From assembly GCF_009914755.1 (NCBI RefSeq), contig NC_060927.1: 64,000 nt of DNA. One strand, given 5' to 3'. The translations under genes and the position numbers were made by a program. Under the pieces are notes generated by a model. The model was not told where the DNA came from and did not search any database. It saw nothing but the letters and a program-made list of their open reading frames with translations. Shown in pieces: positions 1-16,727 of the stretch (its first letter is position 1; each line of letters begins with the position of its first letter). The stretch is from the human T2T-CHM13v2.0 reference genome, Homo sapiens.

Positions 1-59
1 ATAATGTTAAATAAGTGCTTAAGAGCAACCCCCCCCCCCCACAAAAAAAGGCAAAATTT

Positions 60-2100
60 GAATGATTAGAGAGGGAGATTGAAATTTTTATATAGTAAGA
101 CTAGGGAGGGCCTCACTGAGAAGGTACTATTTGACAGAAGAGGGACCCATGTTATATCCGAGGAAAGAGCATTCCAGACAAGGGCAGAGGCTGGAAGTGA
201 GTGTGCCTGGCATGTGTGAGGAACAACGAGGAGGCCAATGTAGTTCAGTCAGGAAAAGATTAATGATAGGAGTGCAGTGAGGTGTGAACTTCATGAGGGA
301 CCCGGTAGATAATAAAGGACTTAGGCATTTGTTTTGAGAGAGATGTGAAATCATTTGAGGGTTTTGAGAAGAGACACGTGATCTCACTTCTGTTTTAACA
401 GTGCCACTCTGGCTACTGTGTTGCAAATTGACTGCAGGAAACTAGGGCAGAAATAAGAAAATCAGTTTGGAGGTATTGGCCCAGAGTGTGGGCAATGGTT
501 TTGGAGTAAGGTGGTTGAATTCTGGATATATTTGTGAGTGGAGTCAACAAGATTCGCTGTCAAACTGCTTGTTGGCACATAAGAAAAATGGAGGAATTAA
601 GGTTGGCTCCCAAAATTTGGAGCCTCAGCAACTGCACATATGTACTTTTCACTAACAGAGGATAGGAAGGAGCAAGATTGAGACATCTAAGAGGAAATGT
701 GAAGTAGGGATGGGAATTAGTTTTGCTGATCTGGATTTCAGAAGAAATGTCTGGGCTTGAGATAAAAATGCATTCAAAAAAATGCATGTAAGTAAAATCC
801 AAAGCCATGTGCCTGGGTATGCTCACCTGAGGCGTAGGGAATTCTGAGACCTCTTATAGAGAAAGGAACTGAGCCCTGGGGTGCTCCAACATCTAGGCAT
901 CAAGAGGGATCAGGAGAAGTCTGTACAAGAGGAACAGCCAAAAAGGTAGGAGGAAGACCAGTATCGGTGGTAGTGGAAGCCAAGGGAAGATGGTGTTTCA
1001 GGAGGGACTAATCAGCTACGTTAGGGTGCGGCTGAGAGATTAAGTCAGATGAGAAATGACTGTAGGCATTAGCAATGTGGTGGTGGTGGTGGTGGTGCAG
1101 GTCTTTGAAAGTCATGAATCGTGTTTCACTGCAGTTGTGGTAACAGTATGATCATGGGATGGATTCAGAGAGAATGGGAGACAGCAAGTATAGGCTACTT
1201 GCTAAGGAGCTCTGCTCCAAAAATCCTCCCCGTTCCTATATCAAAATTTTTTCCTTGCTGCTGCACTTTACCATCAGTATACAAACATGTTTCCTCTTCC
1301 ATTTAAAAAAAATAAAGAAAAAAAAGGGAAAGGGTGGCAGCTGAAATGGGAAGGGAAGAGAAGTGGTTTTTCTTTCTTTTTTTATATGGAAGGGACAACA
1401 TGTTTTTGTATACTGACGGTAAAGATATAGCAGTGAGGAAAACATTTTGGCACAGGAGGGAGGAGAATTTCTGGAGTAATGGTCTTAATAGGTAAGAAGG
1501 TAGAATCTTTGACCTGCAGTAGATGCATATTGAGTTCATCTGTAGTAAAACCAGAGGTTAGTTCCTGGATACAGATACTGAGTTGGGGGAATTGTGGAAA
1601 TTCTCTTCTGATTCTGATTTCTCCAAAGTAGGAAGCAAGGTGGTCGGCTGAGAAGGAGGCTAGAGAAAGGGGATAGATTGCAGGTACGAGGAGAGAAAAC
1701 TAATATGAACTAATCCTCTAGGAGAATAGGAAAGAGAATGGTGTATTATGTATATTGAAATCACCATAACTTGTAAATATTGTTGGAGAGAGTGACATGG
1801 TAGTGAGGCAGAAGTTAAAATCATTGTGAAATGAGGGGCTGTGAACTCCGGAGCAGTGAATGCTTACAGTTAGTGAGTTACAGTCTCATCTGACATTCAG
1901 AACTGAGGTTTTATGAAGGGAGAATAGCGGATACCGTGTTCCACCTGTAGGCTCCCCCAGTGGTACTATTTGAGGAGGTTATAGGGATGGTAGTGTTTTG
2001 TGGAAACACTAGGTTAGAGCAAAGTACTATTTGAGGAGGTTATAGGGATGGTAGTGTTTTGTGGAAACACTAGGTTAGAGCAAAGTGAAAAAGAGTAAAA
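60..2100. mobile_element. Degraded ancient LINE-2 fragments (intronic)
   Basis: Purine-rich L2-like text (e.g. gaaagagcattccagacaagggcagagg...gaggaggccaatgtag, ttctggatatatttgtgag); boundaries approximate. Confidence 0.55.
1963..2084. repeat. Perfect 61-bp tandem duplication (2 copies)
   Basis: 1963-2023 and 2024-2084 are identical (gtactatttgaggagg...ttagagcaaa). Confidence 0.97.
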
Positions 2101-2707
2101 AATAGAGGAGATTTGTTGGAACACAGTGAAACGATTTTAGATCAGGAGATGGGGTCAGAAAAAAGGATTAAATATTTATTTTGGAGAGATAAAAATCATA
2201 TAAGCAATTTAGAAGTACAGTGGAAGAGAGGCTAATGAGTTAACCTGAGTAAAAGGGAATGAGCAGACACTTGACACTGTAAAAAATGGCTCTACAGACA
2301 CTGAGAAGCAGCTGTTCTTTATTGCTCCTGAAGACAGAACAAAGGGAAAAGGCTATTTTAGTTGTATGCGAGTGTCATAGGAAACAGACGCAAGAGAATT
2401 TTTCCTTTTTTTGTCTCTGGAACATTTCAAGAATAAGGCTGTTTTCTTTCCAGAGTTTACACATAATGATATAAATTGGATGACTTGTTTAGATTGTGTA
2501 TTTCCTGTGGTACCTTTGGTAAAGATTGAAATGACCATGTCAGATTAATGTCTTAACAAACATATGTCATATTGCTTAAGCTTGATCTCAGTGGCAAATT
2601 AAATACAGCTTAAATTGATGAGTTTTTCATCATTAGTTATGAATGCATGGGTTATTCTGTAGAAATCTTAATATTGAAGATTTTTAGTGTATCTTGTATT
2701 TTAACAG

Positions 2708-2758
2708 GTTGCAGTATTTTACAGAGCTAGCCCAAGGCACAAGATGAAAATTATTAAG
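2708..2758 (+). CDS. ATP2C1: ATP2C1/SPCA1 internal coding exon (VAVFYRASPRHKMKIIK)
   Basis: ag/gt boundaries, 51 nt; P-type ATPase P-domain FxRxSPxxK motif. Confidence 0.95.
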
Positions 2759-3228
2759 GTGAGTGTGTAAGAATCAGATTGTTTTATTTCTGTATACAAA
2801 ATGCTGCTACTTTACTTTTGTTATGTTTGCATTACAGGGAGTAGAGCATCAAGGTCAGAAATACTGTGAAGCAAAACAGTTTTTTTTTTTTGTAAGAGCT
2901 TGACATAGAAACACTAATAGAGAATTTAGTTGGCATAAGATGTAGAAGAAAACTTGAATGAAGTATCTGCAAATACAGCCTTCTTTAAACAGTTAGACAG
3001 TATAAAACAATGTTCTAACTGGGGTCCATAGCCGAGTCATCCCAGCGTAAATAGCAGTAATTAGTTAGAAACTAAATAAATACAGCAAGGAAATAGTGTT
3101 GTGACAGTGTGAACAGTGCTTAAAAGGCTATGATTATTTATATTAATTAGTCAAATGTATTTAAACCAACTGATAGAGTATCCAGTAGTTAATGGTCTTA
3201 AGTTATGATAGCCAGCCATTGTGTAGTT

Positions 3229-3442
3229 CAGAGTTTCTCAACCTTGGCACCATTGACATTTTGGACTGGATAATTCCTTGTTGTGAAGGGCTGCCCCATA
3301 TGTTATTGAATGTTTAGCAGCATTCTTGGCCCCTTCCCACTAGGTGCCAGTAACATCCCCCAAATCCTGATAGTCCAAAACATCTCCACACATTGTCAGA
3401 TGTCCCTTGGGAGACACAATTGCCCCTGGTTGAGAATCATTG
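3229..3442. mobile_element. MER20 DNA transposon (hAT-Charlie)
   Basis: Ends cagagtttctcaaccttggc...ggttgagaatcattg; typical internal text. Confidence 0.8.
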
Positions 3443-3688
3443 TATAGTTGTTTGAAGAACAGAATTTAGAGATACAGTTCTCACAGATGGGAATATTAGT
3501 AGCAACTTTTTCTAAGCTTTATCTTACTGAGATCTCCATTTGTTGAAGTTCATTGAACAATGGGTGGTCTATATTATTTCTAATCTTAATTATGTGAAAA
3601 AAATAGGGAGGATTTGTTTATCGCTTTGTATGGAAGCAACATTTTTATCAAAATTCCTTCCTCTCCCCTGTCCTCTGCTCCACTCTAG

Positions 3689-3856
<168 letters not shown>

Positions 3857-4888
3857 TAAGCTTTGTTTCAGTGAATGCCTATCAGAGAATCTTCCCCTAT
3901 CCTTTCCTGTCCCCCACCCCTAGAGAATTCAACTGGAAAAGAATTAGTATTTAAACATTAGGTAAACTAAACCACTTTTCTAGGGTAATTATCCTATTTT
4001 ATGGTATGAAGAAGATGATTTGTGTGGCTGGAACAGGCATAGTAAATGGCAGGACCCTCATTTAAGAAGTATTTGCCAAGTGCCAGCCACATTTCACCTT
4101 TTTCTGGGCACTAATATGATGGTATAGTAATGGCCTTTATTTTAGTTAAATTCAGGTAGTTAGAAATATGCATATGTATGGCTCTTTTTTTGGCTTTATA
4201 ATAAATATTGAAAATTATGAAGTTTACATCCATACCTGTTTTTTATATCAGTAATTTATTCATCTTGCCCTCATTTAATGTTATAATTTATTAAATTTAA
4301 ATAGCTCTATTTGTGTCAGCCACAGTTTCCAGTTGATTTAAGACTCCAGTGTAATACATGGTGGTGTCAGTTTCACAGTGTTCAGGTGGGGATCATGTGA
4401 ATCCCATTTATTTATTTATTTATTTTTTTGGTAGCTACCTGTTGGATGACCTGAGTTTAGTGATAAATTCCAATTATATGTTCCAGGCTGCTTTATTACT
4501 CTGTTTTGGCCTACAGGGAAACATTTGGGAGCTTAGGACTCACAGTATTTGCCAAGCTTTTGCAAGGATATGAGTTTTTTCTTTCCATTATTATAATTAT
4601 ATAGAAATCTTAGAAGAAATGGGGAGTTGATTAAAAAGCATAGATTTTCCTGGATTCAGCTAAATGAATGAGATAATTTATATGAATCCTTGTAAACCAT
4701 GTTCTTCATTTAATTCCTCTGCAACATGTGATCTACTTGATGTGCAGGAGCAACACGTAGCTTAAATTCTATAATTCCTATATATCTCATTGCCATTTGA
4801 TTCCTGACATGCATTAGTTTAAACCTTTACTCTGCATTTTGTACCACTAAGAAAAATGAGCTTAGAGGAAGGTGAAGAAGATAATCAT

Positions 4889-5187
4889 GGCTGGGCAGGG
4901 TACCTCATGCCTGTAATGCCAGCACTTTGGGAGGCTGAGGTGGATGGATCACTTGAGCCCAGGAGTTCGAAACCAGCCTAGGCAACATGTCAAAACCCAT
5001 CTCTCCAAACAATACAAAAAAAATAGCTGGGAGTGGTGATGTGAGCCTGTGGTCTCAGCTACTCTAGAGGCTGAGCTGGAGGATTGCTTGAGCCAAGAAG
5101 GTCGAGGCTGCAGGTAAGTCAAGGTTGTGCCACTGCACTCCAGCCTGGGAAGCAGGGCAAGACCCTGTCTCAAAAAAAAAAAAAAAA
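4889..5187 (+). mobile_element. Alu (AluJ-like)
   Basis: Dimeric Alu, A-tail, TSD aagataatcat. Confidence 0.92.
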
Positions 5188-5382
5188 GATAATCATTTTA
5201 TGTATTATGAATGTGAAGTATTTTCTCTTGTGTGAAGAGACAATGCATGATTTTAATGTTGAAGTATCTTCTTCAGAATAAGAATTTTAATATTGTGACA
5301 AATTAGTTCAGGTAGAGCTTAGGCTTGACTTTAATTCTTTGCTAAAATAAATGTTTCCATATTGATACATGTGTTGTATTAG

Positions 5383-5700
<318 letters not shown>

Positions 5701-5799
5701 TGGAAATTTATTTTCAAAATTAGCTCTACAGTGTTTTAGTATAGATACATTTTTGTATGATAATATTTTCTCACTTCATCTTTATTTTTTAAATTTCAG

Positions 5800-5868
5800 G
5801 TCTGCAATCGAAGAGGGTAAAGGGATTTATAATAACATTAAAAATTTCGTTAGATTCCAGCTGAGCAC
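5800..5868 (+). CDS. ATP2C1: ATP2C1 coding exon ([23 protein letters not shown])
   Basis: ag/gt, 69 nt; conserved segment entering M5. Confidence 0.97.
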
Positions 5869-6416
5869 GTAAGTTTGCAAGAAATTTGTCACCATGGGTC
5901 TTCTGGATAAATTATATGAAAAGTAGAACTTAAGCAGAATGCCTAGAAACTTCTCTGCCTTATATTTGTGAGCATTGTTCATATGTCAGTTTTCCAAAAA
6001 GAAAATTTATTGTATTCTGAAATTTTAAATGGCATGATAAATAGGTTGTAAATGTAACAGTTAGATGTCTGTATCATCAAAATGTATAAATCTTTGTGAT
6101 TTATTTAATAGCTCACATCTCATTGTTTCCTCTTGGTATCTTTTTCCAAAAGTAGAAGGGGTATTGTGTAGTCAAAGAACAGTTACCAAAATATTGTTGA
6201 AACTATCATGCAGATGTAAAAATTCTTTATTTGTTCCTGTTGTCTAAACATCTTGAAAATCCTTTGTTAAAATACTCTTAGCTTTAAAATGTCCACGTGA
6301 CTGAAGAATAGTTTACTTGAAACAGTCTTCCTTTAAAAGCATAGTAGTAAGAGATTTTTAAATGCTAAAAAAGTGGTATCATAGAATCAACAGATTTACT
6401 CTACTGATATTTTTAA

Positions 6417-6605
<189 letters not shown>

Positions 6606-7309
6606 TGATAATTAAGTTTTAAAACTTGATTTATGGACAGTGTTGGAAAACTTTGCAGCAAATGTTTTAACATTTATGTTATAAATTGTGTGATGTGTGT
6701 ATTTTATTAATTCTTTTTGAGTGTGCATGCAGTGTAGATCTGAGCCTTTCCACTGTTAGATGCCTAGCCTAAGGTTGAGAATAGATCAGGAATAGGTGCT
6801 ATCCCTGTCCTCAGGAAGTAAGTAAGCCTTTTATTTCTAAGAAATGGGTATAATGGAGAAATTTCTGGGTTCAGTTTTATTATCTAGGTTCTACTGTCAG
6901 TTTTAGAGACTTTGGGAAAGTATTAGAGGACCTGAGTGTCATAACTTTTTTAAAAAATTTAATAATAATGGGGTAGTTGAGTGATAGATGTCATTTGGCC
7001 ACTCCAGCAAATCATCCCAGTTAAAACCTCTTTATATGAAAGATATTTCAAAATTCAGTCGGTAGGTCATGTATTTCACACCGTATTTGAAATAGGTAAA
7101 CTTACATGTAAATGAATTGGATGGTTTTTTGAAAGTTGATTATCTATCCCCTATCAAATTGTGCCAAACAAATAAAGAGGAGAGAAAAAGTGACAAAATC
7201 AGTGGTTATTTTTGCGTAATCAGCCAGCGTTTTATGATGCAACATTTTGTTTCTATAAGAAAGCATTTAGTTTGCCGAATAATTGAGGTTAGTGAGGTTG
7301 TGAAAGTAA

Positions 7310-7537
<228 letters not shown>

Positions 7538-8047
7538 TAACATGAATTCTGTATATCTGATAGGATTCTTAGTTATTTTGATGGGTTACCCAGAAGGCTG
7601 GGAAGTTAAGGGAGCTCTTTTAGTGAAAAATATAAGAACATTTTAAAAGAGTTTGATTTCCATCTTTATGGATAAATAAAATTATTGATTCATGTATTAG
7701 AATAAATCTGCAGAGAAGTATCAGTTACAATAAAAATACATGAAAATTTAGAGAGAAGTTGGAAAATCTGAGTCTTAAAATCATAGAGCCACTTTATTAT
7801 TTTTAAATAATAACAGTATTTTAATATCTAATACATAGTTCATGAGAAGTTTTTTTTTTACTTTTTATTATGTAGATTACAGCTATTCACTAGGTGATTT
7901 ATAGGAAATTTAGGTAGCTTTTATGTTTCATGTGTTAGGCTAAAGTTATTTCTTCCTAATGGAAAGAAAATGTTTATATTTTTTAAAAAGCAGCGATTTA
8001 TCCATTAAATTCAGCCACTGAAAAGTAATTTTGTTATTGCCTCTTGA

Positions 8048-8167
<120 letters not shown>

Positions 8168-9250
8168 TGATTGACTTGATTGACTCACTTGAGTAGAGTG
8201 CTTTCTAATAAGTAGGCAAAGATTATGGGTTTTTAGCTTTGCTTAATTTTGTAGCCACAGATTGCAGCCCCAGACACAGCCTTCTTATAAACATGTGCCA
8301 TTGGTCACAATGAGGATGGGGCATTTGTGGGAGGTAAGCTTTATGTCTGACTAGAACATAAAAGTATTAATAATTCACAGGTGTTGTCATCTGCGTTTAG
8401 CTGGCTATAGCTATAAGATAGATCGTGGTTAACATTATTTGAGCATAGAACAAACCTCATAGTTTCTGTTGAGATTTTATTAGTCTCATTTTAAAAGACA
8501 GTATTGCTAGGAGTATAAGAGCAGTTATGTGCCTATTTTTTTTCCCATCACTCCTGTCACTGTGTCAAAGCTTAGGACATTCTAATTTTGCTTTTCTTCC
8601 CTTGTTGTATCTTAAGGTGTGACTGCTGCTTCTTGGTCTAAGTGTTTTGATAGAAAATAATGGGCTAGAGCTTTATGGTACTTTTTTAGAGCATATTGTC
8701 CTTAAAAACTAGTTTCATTTGAGGCATGACTATTCATTTCAGCTTTAAAGCACTTTATGAATCCTTAACTATATTACCATTTGCCATGCTGGAACTTCTG
8801 AGTACAGCGAATTCTCACTAATTGACCAATTTTTGAAGAAGCTGTAATATTTATTTTTTTATGAAAAGTGGTTTTACTTTTTCAGTACACACACAATTAG
8901 GTCCATTCTCCAAGAAAGGATTTTAGATTATCTACCTTAGTGAATGTATAGAAATGATTTAGCAAAATACAAATAAAGTTTCTTGATGTTTGGGATGTTA
9001 AAAGGTTTCTTTTCTTTCTATGGTCTAAATTATATAGTGTCACTTTTTAAGCAAGCCTTTTCTTGATAAATAAAATAAAAGCTACTTTAATATTTACTTT
9101 TATTCCATCTGAATTATTCCAAAACAGTAGTAAAATTTAAGATATTTCATAGAATTGACATTGCACAATTCAGTGATAAAGTGACACTGCTTGTTAAAAA
9201 TTAGAAGTGAATATAATAAAGAAGTTATTTCTGTGACCAAGGAGTAATAA

Positions 9251-9451
<201 letters not shown>

Positions 9452-10483
9452 TAGATAAATCATATTTTCTAATGTGTTTGTTTTAATTTTAAAATTCTTT
9501 TAAAATAGCAAAATAAGTAACTCACTTGATTTGAAAAAGGAGTCTATTTTTTCACTTGGGGAAGCTCAGGGGAATTACTCTCCTAACTCCAGGGTTTTGG
9601 TTTTTGCTCTTTTATAGGTTATCAATTGTTATAAAAATCATAATACGTGATTCTCAAATATAGCAAATCAAAACCTGCTCTAGAGTATAGTTTATAACTT
9701 TTTATGTACTATGCCATCTTGTATGAAGAGAAAACTAGACTTAATCTCCCTGAAAACCAAGTTGCTCTCTTCTTTAAAGTTAGAATTTTCAGTAAACTAA
9801 TAATTTCATTATTCTTTCTTGTTTGTACATTCTAATTTCACAAAATGTCAGTCTGACCAAATAGCAGAATGTTTTATAAAGACTATTTGGAAATTACACA
9901 TTTTTCTTACATTACCATTTATTAAATGTATAATACAGTGCATTTAAAAATTAGTTTTCCTATGTAGGTGTGAGGAATGATATATTTGACAGTAATGCTA
10001 TCCTTTATTGAGTTCTCAATTTGGGTATTTATGAAAAGGAGTTATACAGTTTCACTGTATTTTTTCTTGTAAGTTAAAATTTACCTTAAAATTGAACTAG
10101 TTGAATTTCAGTATTTTAATTCCATATTCACATTTCTTCCTCTTTTTAAAAAAATGGCATTTTAAGGAAACATCTGCAATTTTCCAAGCAGTAAATAAGA
10201 ATTGAGATAGTGTGGATAGTATTGTAAAGACAAGTCTTCTATGCTTTGAAATAGAACATATTAATGTCAAATTTTTAATCTTCAGATAGGCATTGTCATT
10301 CAAATTGTCTACTACTGTTGATACAGTACTTTTTTAAAGGGCTGTGTGATCTATGAAATAAACTCCTTTTGTTGGTGATACTGTTAAAGGCTAGCCACAT
10401 AAGGTTTCAGGGAAAGTGGTCAGAGGACTTGGGTTCTAATTCTGGCTGCTGCCTTTCCTAGTTATGTGACTTTGGATAAGTCA

Positions 10484-10961
<478 letters not shown>

Positions 10962-10977
10962 TTATTTTCTCTTGCAG

Positions 10978-11108
10978 ATCTGTTGTTTCTTTTGGGTCTC
11001 ACCTCATCAGTGTGCATAGTGGCAGAAATTATAAAGAAGGTTGAAAGGAGCAGGGAAAAGATCCAGAAGCATGTTAGTTCGACATCATCATCTTTTCTTG
11101 AAGTATGA
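10978..11108 (+). CDS. ATP2C1: ATP2C1 terminal coding exon of isoform SPCA1a ([20 protein letters not shown]...SSSFLEV*), literature exon 27
   Basis: cag acceptor, M10, TGA at 11106-11108; internal donors CAT|gttagt (11073) and GAA|gtatga (11103). Confidence 0.97.
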
Positions 11109-12910
11109 TGCATATTGCATTATTTTATTTGCAAACTAGGAATTGCAGTCTGAGGATCATTTAGAAGGGCAAGTTCAAGAGGATATGAAGATTTGAGAAC
11201 TTTTTAACTATTCATTGACTAAAAATGAACATTAATGTTAAAGACTTAAGACTTTAACCTGCTGGCAGTCCCAAATGAAATTATGCAACTTTGATATCAT
11301 ATTCCTTGATTTAAATTGGCTTTTGTGATTGAGTGAAACTTTATAAAGCATATGGTCAGTTATTTAATTAAAAAGGCAAAACCTGAACCACCTTCTGCAC
11401 TTAAAGAAGTCTAACAGTACAAATACACTATCTATCTTAGATAGATATATTTTTTTTTATTTTTAAATATTGTACTATTTATGGTGGTGGGGCTTTCTTA
11501 CTAATACACAAATAAATTTAATCATTTCAAAGGCATTCTATTTGGTTTAGAAGTTGATTCCCAGGAGTGCCATATTTCAGCTACTGTATTTCCTTTTTCT
11601 TGTAATGTAAGCAGCTCAGATACCATGTGCTATCATTTTTGTATCAAGTTTTTTGCACAGGATGTGACCACTGTCAGATCACTGTTCTTTTCTTTCTTTT
11701 TGTGATTGAAAAGCCTATACTACAATTTGAAGTAAATTTTTGTTTTTCTTAGTAAGTGTAAATGGTTGCTTTATTTTTATTTTAAAAAGGTATGTCTTTG
11801 GTTTGGCAGAATTCATGCAGGGCTATCAAGTGGTGTTCTAGGGTAACAGTGTCCATAATTAACGCTTAGTCATAGAGTCAAAAACATTTAAGACTGATTG
11901 GGTTGAAGTTTATAATAAATTATATTAACATGTCTTCCTTTTTGAGGTAAAGATATATACTTTGTCAAATATCATTTTGTCATCCTCTAAATATAAATCC
12001 AAATACCTCAGCTAAGTAATTCTATTTTATTATTTTTACTGTTATGTATGTTTTTAATCATATTTCTTAGGAAGTATAGGCTACTGGACTTAGAATAAAA
12101 AGTCCCCAAACCCAAACAAATGGTTTATGAACCAGAGTATATGTGGAAGATTCTTTGCTGGTCTTGCTCTGTGTGCATCTGAAGCTTCTTTGGCCTAGAT
12201 TTTAGCACAAACCTGAGTATATCTCTTCTACTTTCATCATGTGTTCTGTACCTTCTTTTTGTTTCATTGGGCATGCTAGGGAAATAGGTGGATTTTGTGT
12301 GTAATGCCATCAGTTTTTATGAAAGCTTGATGAGGTATAGGTCATTTGTTTTGAGTATGTGGGCCAGAAATTTAAAATTAGAAATTTGTTTTTCTGTTGA
12401 GTATATAAACAAAAATTGGTCCCAATTCTAACAGGTTTAATCCTTCTTGAAGCCAATAAGTTTTATCTTTTATAATCTGTCAGGATGAACCACTCCTTAG
12501 CTTTTATCCAATATTAAACTGCAAGTGTTAGCACTGAAATATTGTCATTGATAGGGAAAATATCTATTCTTTGAGTCATTGTTACTGAGGCAGTTGAGTG
12601 TAAGGAGCTGGCTGCAGTTTATTCTACTTAACCCTTTAAGGCTGAATTGTCAAATGTACATTGTTCCATGTCGTTAGATGGAACATGGAAGCCATTGTCT
12701 AATCAACTCTATCATTAGTGACTTGATGTCTCATACCTTAATTTTGTAATGATTTTTATTCTCTGTTACAAAGACTTGAAATACGTATTAAATGCACGTT
12801 AATGTTTTGCTTTGCATTTTAGGTTCAGATTATGACTTGATTGAAATAAATGTGCCTATACATTCATTTGCTTTGTACTATAAAAATAAAAATGATTTCT
12901 TAAGTTAATG
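11109..12910 (+). terminator. ATP2C1: ATP2C1 3'UTR with tandem poly(A) signals
   Basis: AATAAA at 11511, 12094, 12845 and 12885; AU-rich and repeat-free; cleavage sites not visible. Confidence 0.75.
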
Positions 12911-12933
12911 ACATCCCAGTGGGGACTATTAGC

Positions 12934-12994
12934 ATTAAAATTATCCATATGGATGCTGAAGATACAGAAATTAAAATTATCCATATGGATGCTG
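12934..12994. repeat. 25-bp direct repeat (period 36) containing palindrome atccatatggat
   Basis: attaaaattatccatatggatgctg at 12934 and 12970. Confidence 0.9.
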
Positions 12995-14289
12995 GAGAAT
13001 GCATAGTACACAGAATCTATGATTTAAAAAGAAGTTGAATGTACAGTACAGATCCAGATTGCAATTTTCCATAATATATTAATCCAAGTTGACATGGATG
13101 AGTTAAATGGGCTAGTGTCTAAATTTTAAATTTTTACCCTATTTCCTAATCCTAGGACTTGCTAGAGTCCCTAACAATACTAACTTACTTGATGTTTTTC
13201 CCTGTTAGACTACCTTATGGAGTTATTTGGCCCCATAATGGCTAAACATCAGGGAAGAAAAGAAAAGAACTTAAAATAATTCACTGATTAGGTAAACAGT
13301 TCTGAAATGATCAAAACTGGCCACACAGAACAAGGCTGAACATGTTGTGTCACATTTGTGCTGGACATTGCATGACCCAGAGATGAAACAAAAGTGAAAC
13401 CATGAAACCCGAAGACCCTCCCCTCTCAGGATACAGGCTTTATTTATATAGCAGTAACCACCCTCACAAGAATAAGACACATTATTTACCTGCCATGCCC
13501 ATGTAGGGTATGTATTTTACATTGGTAGTCTTTTTGAGATCACTTAAGTTTTGGTCTCCTTGATATACTATATAAGTAAAGTAAGTATTGGTCACACTTA
13601 AAAATAGTTTCTCACTGAAATGAATTGGAGGCAAACAATAAACATAATATTTAGGAAACTTAATTAACTCTACCTTGCTTTCTGCCTCTGTCACTTGGCA
13701 ATTCACTTCCACATATGACTCACCCATGAAGTTAGATGATGAACTGGTTATCTTTTCATTACATTTTTTTAGTACCTGGAGTGTGCTAGAAGTAGAACGA
13801 TAATGGCATCCCTGCCCTGTAGGAGCCCATGAACACAGATAGCAGGGGATATAACTGCTAATAAGCTGTTTCAAGAAAGTAAATAGGGATCTTTGCCCAT
13901 TTACTTTAAAAATACACATAGATTAAAATGAGTCCAGTGCACTTTTCACTAGATGTTTCCTTGACATTGGCATTTGAAAATCTTTGAAGTGCTTTTTAAG
14001 ACTGAGCTCCTGCAATCCAAACAGCAGCTGATTTGCATACTAAAACGTGGTATGGATGTTCATCCTTAACTAGTACGTGATTGGACAGACAGATCATTCT
14101 GATGGTTAAGTTTCCTTGAGCTCAGTTACCACTTGAACTATTAACTCTTATTTAATGACATTGTTTTGGGTTTTGGTTGTCAAGAGTTGGTTATTGTTAA
14201 TAATGGATAATGGTTAACCAGTCCCTGGTATTAATGTAGATACAATTGTCCATAAACATTGTTGTAGGTTTAGATTTAAAAAGAAAAAG

Positions 14290-15171
<882 letters not shown>

Positions 15172-15828
15172 TTTGAATTTGTATCTTCTGAGAGATAGCA
15201 TTGACATGACTGGACAGGAGAAAAGGAAAATGGAAAAGATACTAGTCTGTGGCCTTTGGCTTGAATAGTAGAGCTATTAGCAGAAGAACCTAAGCTAAGC
15301 AGGGTTTAGTGGGACACAGGTCCATCTGAAATGTACAGCTTGTGGTGTCTTTGAGATTTCCCAGACGGATGTGTTAATCAAAGCTATAGCTGACTAATTA
15401 TAAGCTAGTAGAAAAACAAGCATCCATTTTTTTTGTTGTTGTTAAATTAAGCGATAAGTCAAAGTAAACTCAGCTTTCACAAAATAAGATTTTCTTTAAA
15501 AACTTTCCTTTAGCATAGTTATTAATCAGCAAACAGTTGTGTAAATTCAAAATGCAGAAGGACAAGATAATATTTCAATCTCCTTTGTTGTTGAATGTTA
15601 ATAGGGAATCTGTTATTAAGGTTACTGACTGGAAAACACTGATCTGAATTACTGGTAGCAATTTTTTTGATACATGTAGTAAGACACTTTCTAAGAGGTG
15701 AGAGCGTGTGTGTGTGTGTATATGTGTGTGTCTGTTTATGTGGCATACCACATAGCTTAAGGTATGCCACGTAAGGAAACCCCAATGAGTAAATAACATT
15801 ACCATTAGAAAACAGCTACTTACTCTGA

Positions 15829-16194
<366 letters not shown>

Positions 16195-16384
16195 TAATTT
16201 TTTTGGCCTTTCTAGCCTCATATCCTACACAATGCTCCAATACAGTCCACTTCCAGATCATTTTGGACAGTGTTACTTTAAGTTGAAATCGTTTTTTCTC
16301 TGTCCCAATGTTGAGAATCAGAGCTTTTACCTCTACTTCAGAGCCCAGTGAAATGCCAACAAGAATAACCTTTCCAGATTTCTA

Positions 16385-16386
16385 GT

Positions 16387-16420
<34 letters not shown>
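16385..16420. repeat. (TG)n microsatellite
   Basis: Visible GT run with one interruption. Confidence 0.95.
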
Positions 16421-16438
16421 AGTACAGTTTCTTGTACA

Positions 16439-16727
<289 letters not shown>

